From: Eledone cirrhosa
Lineage: Eukaryota
Assembly: GCA_964016885.1 (NCBI GenBank)
Contig: OZ024741.1
Location: forward strand, 380,618,001 to 380,682,000
Direction: 5' to 3'
DNA: 64,000 nt
Every line of letters begins with the position of its first letter. Position 1 is the first letter of the stretch. The position numbers were made by a program, and so were the translations under genes. Below are positions 53,025 to 64,000 of the stretch, piece after piece. The notes below the pieces were generated by a model, which saw only the letters and a list, made by a program, of their open reading frames with translations, made no database searches and was not told the DNA's origin.

Positions 53025-53901
53025 ACTCGTTTTCTTTCTATCTCTCTTTCTTTCTCTGTCTTTCCCTATTCTTTTCTCTCCCTCTTTCTTTCCCCCTCTT
53101 CCTCCCCCTCTCTCTCTCATACACACACACACACACAAATACACACACATACTCTTATGCACATCTATAAATATAAAAACTAATTCATATCTGATTTCAT
53201 CAAACAGAACAGGATGATACATGTTAACCCACTCTACCTGGCCCATCTTATTAACTTCAACCCCAGGTGGAGCTACCATTAATCTAACAAGACACAGAAA
53301 CTTTTATAGCATAAAAAATAAGGTAAAACATTTATTTGAGTTGAAGTTACAGGCCAAAATACTTGCCTGAGTATGTTGAGGGACTTCTTCTCTTAAGACC
53401 TTCATAAGAGTTGTTTAAGTATTTTATTGCAAATATCTATGGAGAATATTCCCTTGATATTCATGAAGATCTCTGTGTTGTGTCAAAGAGTAAATTCTTG
53501 AATCAAATTAATAAACACATGATTATGCATATTAAAGGAGAAGGATAGATTTAATTAATATTTTAAGACACCTGTGCCAGGAAGCAACAATCATCAGCCC
53601 CCCCCCCTCCTCCTCCTTCTCATCATCATCATCATCATTTAATGCCTGCTTTCCCTGCTAACAAGGGTTAGACTTATCTAGATAGACCAAGTCAGTACTG
53701 AAGATAATTATCAAGTACTGAGGGGAGGTTGTCTTGACTTTCGTCACAAACTAAAGGTTCAGTTTATAATTTCCTATTAACCAGTTATATTCTTGTATAT
53801 AGTTTCATACTCAGGAATTACTCTATTGTATAAGTTTCCTTAATTCCATAATAATTAGATAATAATATTTTTTCAGAAATAAATGAAATTTGATTTGGCA
53901 C

Positions 53902-54098
53902 TATGAGGGTTTGCTGAGAAGCTCATTGGCTGACACTGATAGAGTGATGCTAGGGTTGTGAAATCTTGCATTAATTTCAACCCTTCTTAATAATAACTAC
54001 ATTGTTACTCTGCAAGGACTATGTTAAAAAATACACCTCATTTGGTCATTCAAAAGAGTATCTTGGTCAGCCTACGTACTTTTCAGCCGACCCTCATA
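53902..54098. mobile_element. Tc1/mariner-like MITE
   Basis: TATGAGGGTTTGCTGAGAAG ... CTTTTCAGCCGACCCTCATA, with TA at both ends. Confidence 0.65.
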
Positions 54099-55227
54099 CT
54101 ATCTCTATAAGAGCTTCACTCATTCAATAGTCAATGCTAGCTAAAATATTCAGGAGTTGCTGTCTGAGAAATACTTGAGACTACAAAACACATAATCCCA
54201 TCCAATATGCTAGCTTAAAAGTTAGGTTATGATGATGATGATGATATAATTCATATTTTATTCTGGTACCTGCTATAAAGTGGTTGGAAATAGGAAACAC
54301 ACCTAGACATGCAACACCAACACTGCCAAATAAAGGATCAGGAAGAATCTTCAGTTGTGCCAAAGAGATGACAACTTCCCTAGTAATGGTGTCATATTAA
54401 AATGCACTTGTTTGACTGCAGGATCGTAAGTAAGTTGGGGAGTGTCAGCCAGTCTGAGCATTTGGCAGTGTGTGGTAACATATGTAAGTGAGATGCAGAG
54501 CCCAGCTGAATCTAGTAAAAGAATTAATATTATTTAAAGTAATAAACCAAATAATAATTCTTGTAATATGTATTTCTTTTCAAAATAAGTGAAGATCTGT
54601 TTTAAATTAGAAAAGAAATGCAGTGTTATGATGTCGATGCCTTTACATGCAACACAGAAAAAGATATGAACTTGAAATTAAATTCATAAAATAAAGTATC
54701 AGACCAAAGCAGTAGATTAGCCAAATTGTTAGTGTATCAGAGGGGATTATGAAGTATTTCTTCATGTGGTGCCTTTAGTAGAGTCTAATATGTTGCAAGC
54801 ATTCAAGCCAGGTGTGTGATTTCTGAGTAAATAACTTCCTCCCTCCTTCCCACCAATTTTGGAAGCTCTGGAAAAAAATAATAGAATTATGCGTACTGCC
54901 TTTTCCTATCTGACAAATAACTTTAGTTTTAGAGAGCACTCAGCAATAGACTTTCTGAATGTTTATGTTTAACACAGGCACAAAGCTTTTTTTTTTTTTA
55001 CTTATGCTTTACTCGTTTGCATCAAACACTCCAATACTTGATTGATACATATTGTTATCAAGCGATAAAAGCCAAAGTTAACATGAAAAGGATAGAACCA
55101 ATGATATAAAGAGATATAATGAATTACCATAAATCATTTCAAGCCAATAAGAGTAGCCCATTGGATCTATTTGACCAGCTAGAAATAGCAGCCAAATCTC
55201 AGTCAAATCAAAACATACCATCTTTAA

Positions 55228-55431
55228 TGCTTAACAACCTATACTGTATTAGCAAGACATTCTTGAGAAGTGCAAATCAAAATCGAAAACTGCGTCACAT
55301 TAAAACTTGAAGTCTTTACTTTAGTTTACTGTTCATTTTCACATCACTCTGTCCATTAGATACTATAAACATTTCAATTAACATGCCCATTTTAAGATAT
55401 TTTCTGCTAAATAATTACAGGTTGTTAAGGG
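55228..55431. mobile_element. TTAA-flanked MITE (piggyBac-like)
   Basis: TTAA|TGCTTAACAACCT ... AGGTTGTTAAGGG|TTAA. Confidence 0.5.
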
Positions 55432-56076
55432 TTAAAAAGGGTAGATAAGGTGTTCCTTTATTAAAAACTGCCAAAACATAAAGAAACTGCGGGCACAGCT
55501 TGAATCCGTTTGATCATAGCACAGATCTAACTCAATCAGGGCTGACCTGTGGCTAAACAACAACAACAAAATCACCAACCATAAGATAATTTGTTTTCCC
55601 CCCACCTCCTACTGCTACAAACCAATGCCACCACCCAAGAGATTCCTAATATTATCAAATGCACTGGATTGGCAGAAGTGATTGAGCATTGAACTATATG
55701 TCTAGTTGTATTAAGTTGCAGCTCTTTACATTCTGATTTGGAATCCTGCCAAGGTCAAATTTGCCTTTCATGCATGCAGGGTGGATAAAATACAGTATCA
55801 GTGGAGTACAGGAGTCGATATAATCAACTATAGCCATCTACAAATCTGATACCTTTTCCTTATGAAAGCAATCAATATTTGCAAAGTTTTATCTCTCATA
55901 CTGTATTTCTGTATATGCTGTAGAAGGAAATATATAACTATAAATCAGAGAGAGAAATAATATCTTTGGTAGTTTTTCGAACATATTGGTAGGTAGAAGT
56001 AAGCATTGATCTTCACACCAACTCCTGTAAATCTCTGTGAGGGAGACATGTTATTGGAAAACACCATGTTTCGTTC

Positions 56077-56366
<290 letters not shown>

Positions 56367-56695
56367 AGCACACCAATAAAACAGATTGTGATGTAAGATA
56401 TTAATATAGAGCCCAGTAGAAATATATCATATTTCTGGGTACCATATATATATATATATATACACACTTGTGCAAAAAATTTTCTTTGAGAATTTGAAAG
56501 AGAGCATACAAGAGAAAAATTATTGCTTGAGTATACATCTACACAGAATGTGTGTGTGTATGTGTGTGTATGTATTGTGTGCATGTGTAGTTTTATCTGA
56601 AGATATGTCTGTGATAATATAAGCAAACAATGATAAACATTAAGATTTGAATGTACATATTTATATGTATGTCTTTAATTCCCATCTACATACAT

Positions 56696-56971
56696 GGAGG
56701 CACATGGCTTAGTGCATTGGCCTTGCAATCGAAAGGTTGTGAGTTCAATTCTCAGACCGGGTGATGTGTTGTTTCCTTGAGCAAGACACTTTATTTCACA
56801 TTGCTCCAGTTTACTCAGCTGTAGAAATGAGATGATAGGGACTGGGGTATCTATCATTCCACTGCAAAGTGGTCGTGGAGGTGCCACGGAAAAAAAGCAG
56901 CATTCACTGTAAATGAGGTTGGTGTTAGGAAGGGTATCCAGCTGTAGAAATCAAGCCAGAATCAGTTCCTG
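56696..56971 (+). mobile_element. tRNA-head SINE joined to RTE 3' UTR sequence
   Basis: TGGCTTAGTG and GAGTTCAATTC boxes; 56866-56971 matches the RTE UTR at ~14745-14901 (AAAGTGGTCGTGGAGGTGCCACGG...GCTGTAGAAATCAAGCCAGAATCAGTT). Confidence 0.7.
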
Positions 56972-57408
56972 CAATATATGCATATGTCATCATCATCATT
57001 TAACGTCCATTTTCCTTGGCTCCAATATGTATGTTTATATATATGATATATATATCTGTAAGTGCACAACTCAACACTAGCCTTGGGCAAACTAATGCCT
57101 TGGGAATGAATTTGGTAGGCAAAGATTATATGAAATCCATGCACACACATATATATATATATGTGTGTGTGTCTGTGTTTGGGTGTATCTGCAGGCATCA
57201 TAGAATTATAATGAAACAGGTCTATGACAGGTGTTTATGTTTTTCACAAAGAAAATGTCCTGCATCGCTGTTCTTTGACAAACACCAGGAATATGTACTA
57301 TATTTCTGTAGTGGTGTCCAAAAGGATATTAAACCATATAAATCCTGCAAGAAAATGGATATCACTCAACTCATAGTAGCATAGTAAATGGATATAATGA
57401 TAATGATA

Positions 57409-57444
<36 letters not shown>

Positions 57445-58302
57445 GTAAATGTTTTATACATGGTTTTCTGTGCTAGATCCCTTCTATTTTAACCATTTTA
57501 AGCAATCCAAATCTGTGGCTGTTGTCTCACAGAATTTATAAATCAGAAGTCACCATAAATGTATATTCTTGAGTATATTTGTGACTCTCATTATTTGCAG
57601 ATGTATATCTTTAAGTGTGTATGTACATATATATGCATTTATGAAACACAGATTTGCAGTGTAGTGGATTGGCAAAATTGCTGTAAATGATTACAGGCTA
57701 CTACATTCTGAATTGAAATCCTGCTGAGGTCAGCTTTGTCTTTCATTCTTCTTGGGTTGATAAATAAAGTACTAGTAACGTACTGGGTGGATTTAATTGA
57801 TTAATCCTACTGCCAAAATTACTAGCCTAGTGCCAAAACTAGAAATCATTATATATTTACTTTGAGTTTCTTCTTTTCATAAAAATCTAATGGTGTTAAG
57901 GTTGAACTCAATACTGATGGAGCAAGCTAATGATCAAGAATGCAACATCCTGCCTTTTCATAATGCTAAAATAGTCAATATGCAAAATTATACAAGAACA
58001 CACTTGTTGGCTCTCAAAACAAATACCAGTCCGGAAATAGGGTTGACATTTTCAATTAATCACTCACCATTATTTTGTGGCGTATGTGATTATCTTAGGA
58101 ATAATTATTTCATATCAAGCATTATTTGACAATATATGATATATTACATCTTCTATAAAGATCTTTTTCAGTTATAACTTTCCAACATGTTCATAATAAA
58201 TATAGAAATATAAAAAAAGTTGTAGAAAGAATTGGAAGACAATGAAAATATGAGTAGACAAAAATAACACAGTAACATTTTAAAGAGATTTTAGATAATA
58301 AT

Positions 58303-58348
<46 letters not shown>

Positions 58349-59126
58349 GGAGGTGAGTTTTATTGTAGTACAATAAAGCAATGCAGATATCGGATAAGAA
58401 GCACTCTACAGTTTGTGGGACTGGAGTATACATGATATTGCATGATGATATTTGTTTTTGAAATGCGCATAATAAAATACATGGAACTCCTTTAACCATC
58501 TTTTGTTCTTATATATTATATATATATATATATAACCCTTGCTAGCATGGAAGATAGACGTTAAACGATGATGATGATGATGATGATGATGATGATATGT
58601 ACATATTTATCTATATATATATACTAACACATACACACACACAAACACATATATATACATATAATATATATTTCATGTTTTTACTCAGAGGGCTTTACCT
58701 ATATTGCTTTGTCATTGTTACGTTGTTCTTTTTCCTTTCTCTTCTTTGTATTTTTTTCATTGTATCCTTATTTGTTTGTTGCCACATTATTTTACCTATC
58801 ATATTCTGAATATGAATTTAAGCATTTAGCGGTACAAATTGTTTTTACTTCTGTTCATTTATATGTACTATTAATCTTTATATATATTTTTTCCAGATTG
58901 CATGACAATTGTATTGATGCACCTTCTTGTCTTTTCATTCATTGTGTATTTCGTATCATTTTTTGCTTCTTCTATTTAATTTTTCATGTTTCTCTTTTTT
59001 TGCTTTGTTTCTTCTTATAGTTTTGAACAAATAGTTTTCAAACCAATGAGAGACTTCAAATAATAACAACATCAATGATGGTAATACTAATGATAACAAT
59101 GAAACAATGATGATGATAATAATCAT

Positions 59127-59185
<59 letters not shown>

Positions 59186-59235
59186 CAACTAAACAAACAA
59201 AGTAACCACAATATTTGAATTAGCTGTAGTAAGAT

Positions 59236-60960
<1,725 letters not shown>

Positions 60961-61090
60961 AGATAGACGGATAGGTAGTAAACAAGGCTGAAACTTTTCA
61001 AATACTTCAGTCAAAACACTCCAAAAGGATTACTGAAAATGAAAGTCAAATAAAATTACTACTACTACTTCTATTACTACTACTACTAAT

Positions 61091-61123
<33 letters not shown>

Positions 61124-61145
61124 CAATGACTGAGACTGAAAGAAC

Positions 61146-61213
<68 letters not shown>

Positions 61214-61224
61214 TAATAATAATA

Positions 61225-61570
61225 ATTGTTGATACTTTCTTTATTAACCACAAGGGTTTACACAAAGTAGACATTAAGGACAGTACAGGACAATACAGGA
61301 CGGTACAAATGGGCATTTCTGCGTGTAAAAAAACAAAAAACAGAGGACGTAATAAAAAGAACAATGAAATATTCCCCAACAGGAGGCAGACTTCCGAGGG
61401 CCATCGAGGAGAAAGCCTATTAATAAATAACCACGGTGACCCTGACCACCAGGGCAAGTGCCCTCTCCCAGTTTTCCACCTTCAATTTACAGCCATATAC
61501 TCAGAGTATATTCAATCAGGCCATTCTTGCCTCTCTCACCCATCTTTCAACAAAAAGCTCTCTACCCTGA
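61225..61570 (-). mobile_element. Probable LINE 3' end (Tx1/L1-like) within (AAT)n
   Basis: Minus strand gives LFVERWVREARMA, then a pyrimidine-rich UTR and AATAAA, flanked by (TAA)n. Family assignment is tentative. Confidence 0.35.
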
Positions 61571-61584
61571 TAATAATAATGATT

Positions 61585-61727
61585 ATAATACTAGTGTTTG
61601 TGGGAGCACTGGAAATGATCAAGAAAGGAACAGAACAGTATTTGAGGATGTTCCTGGTTTGCCCTCTCTGCAGGAGGAGCAAATAATTGTTTTGACTGGT
61701 GCTACCCACGTATTGAGAAGAAGCTAA
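61585..61727 (+). mobile_element. 3' remnant of an RLE-type (R4/Dong-like) non-LTR element
   Basis: VFVGALEMIKKGTEQYL / VPGLPSLQEEQIIVLTGATHVLRRS resembles the PIVIGALG...IQK..L.GTA.ILR terminus; lies next to (TAA)n. Confidence 0.55.
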
Positions 61728-63487
61728 TCATCTTTTGTATTCTCTTGAAGATCGGATAGCTTGATCTCCATATCTAGTTGGGGCTTCTTTGGGAACAACT
61801 TTAAAAGCCTACTAGTACACTTGTTATTGGGGGATCCCATATCATAGGGGAAGATGTTCATAATCTCTTTGTAGGTTTCAAATGGCATGCACACCATCAT
61901 TAGATTTTGTGGCACTTTGAAAATGCTGGTCCTGAAAATCTCCTAGTCCCTCTCAATCGCTTTACTTCATGCTCTGAGGGTCATCAATTTTCATAAGCCC
62001 TCTTCACTATCATAAAGTTTGGTGACTTAGTTGGTTGCATCTCTATTTGTTGTGTGTATTTTCTGGCCTTTGTATTGATGTGAAGCGAGATGCATTTTTG
62101 TTTGTGTTTCCTTTCTTGCTTTGAGGTGTTTTGGGAGCTCACCCTCATATTCACTTCAAGATGAGGAGTTACTAGTGTCTGCAGATTTTGCCCTATAAAT
62201 CATAGTAAAAGTAAAATTGAATTGGCAGAATTGCTAGGGCAAGCATTGAATTTGCAGTATTTGTTCTGGCATTTCGCCTTCTGAATTCAAATCACACCAT
62301 AATCAAATTCACATTTCATCTTTCTGAGGCCAATAAAATGAAGTACTATCAAGTGGTAGCAACCTTGTAGTACCATCAAGATTGGCTGAGGTTGTGCCTA
62401 GATTAGATAGAATTTAACAGGTAGAAGACAAGACCCTTTGCCTCTTTTTCTGTTTTTATTATGTGCCTTATTTGACCAAAGCTTTTCATTATTGTATTTG
62501 AAATTAAAGAGATGGCTTACGATTCTGAAAATAATCAAGAATGTGGAGGACTGTAGAAATATAATTAACTTTGTTGTTATCAAGCCTTGCTTTGGAGCAT
62601 AATTTAAACAAAAATATCTTACATGAAACTTTGGTGATTATACTCTTGTTTCATAGGACAATTAAGTGATATAAATTAGGAGTGTTAATCATTTATTTAA
62701 TATATTTCACACAACAGATACTCTATTTTATTTATTCAATGAATTTTACTAAAATTTTAAATGATTTCATAATTAAGATTTGTTTTTGTCACATACATTA
62801 AGAAATGGTTAGATAAAGTTATATTCTTAGGTTTTAATTTAAATAAGTTTTAAATGAGTGGTTTTATTTCATAGGGCCAGAGGCAGTTTTGGCTGGGTTG
62901 GTAGCAAAAGGGTTAAACTTAACTTACCTTTAATGTTCTTATGTTTATTGTTCATTTTTGTCTTCATTAAATAATCGGAGATATTGTTTGTATCTATGCT
63001 AGGACTACTGAGAAAATTATCAGAACTAAGCATCTATACTGATTCATTCAATTGTCATATCACCCAGTGTTCTTTTTTATCTATGTTCTTCATTTTATTT
63101 CACAAGTGATGAGGTCATTAGTATGATAATGTTTAGTTTGAATAGTGAAAGGCTGAAAGAAGTATCCTAGAAAATTATCTGTTTAATAATGGCTTGTAAC
63201 TTTCATAATCAGATTGGAAGTAAAGTCTGTTACCTTGAAATTATAGATATATCAATACAGTTTTTTTTTACAAGATAAATCTCTGCTGGCTATGTTATGG
63301 CTCATGATAGGACTTGTGACTGTGTTGAGCATATAAAATTCTTGTCACCCAATAATTCAAATGAAATAAGGGGAAATAACTAATTAACTAACGGACATTT
63401 TATAGTTGCTTCATTTAATTATTTATCATTTAACGCATAACTTAAATATTTGTTTTACTAGATACTCATTTTATGGCTTCTAATAAT

Positions 63488-63603
63488 TGTTTCTACTTTT
63501 GGCACAAGGCCAGCAATTATCCCAGTGTATTACTGGTACTTTATTTTATCGACCCCGTAAGGATGAAAGGCAAAGTTAACCTCGGCGGGATTTGAACTCA
63601 GAA
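63488..63603 (-). mobile_element. 5'-truncated SINE, same family as 3699
   Basis: Reverse complement of GAGTTCAAATCCCGCCGAGG...GTAGAAACAA. Confidence 0.8.
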
Positions 63604-64000
63604 TGGCAAGGGTTCTAATGATGTTATATGCTTCTCTCTTTTTAGTTTAACTCATTCTATAATTTGGAGAAAGAATATTTGAGAAATTTCTTTCATCATC
63701 TTCACATACAATTTCTTCAGGGCTGCAAACTTTTGTGTCAATGTTTTTTCTAGATCTAGATGCCTTTCCTGAAGTCAACACATACTTTATGTTAAGTATA
63801 ATATATATACACCTAATGTTCATCAAACAACTATGTATCGATTATGGAAGACATAAACAATGTTACTGCTAAGGTATTTATTAACAATGTCAGTATCATA
63901 TTTTGCAACAACTAACATACACACACACATCCATGAATAATGGCTGCATCCTGATTTCAAGAATTGCGTCCACTTGATCCTCCTCTCACACATGGGTGGC

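Overview
AT-rich, microsatellite-dense animal non-coding DNA, probably intronic or intergenic. The SINE/RTE repertoire resembles octopus/cephalopod genomes (inference from pattern recognition only). No host exon can be supported, and most ORFs in the track are microsatellite translations. Recognisable content: (i) an apparently complete ~7 kb but disrupted Helitron (26885-33870, minus strand) with both termini and a SINE inserted with a 12-bp TSD; (ii) five Penelope-like element (PLE) coding remnants (RT and/or GIY-YIG); (iii) RTE LINE, RLE-type LINE, SINE and MITE fragments. The most striking signal is a recurring fold-back architecture, mostly at (TA)n microsatellites: the 3' end of a PLE, usually carrying a minimal type-I hammerhead ribozyme (HHR), joined to an inverted copy of itself that carries an extra 50-90 nt tail. 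Six such loci and about 12 HHR-like motifs from about 6 sequence families occur in the window, some with non-canonical catalytic cores. All structures were read by eye; nothing was folded, aligned or searched computationally.
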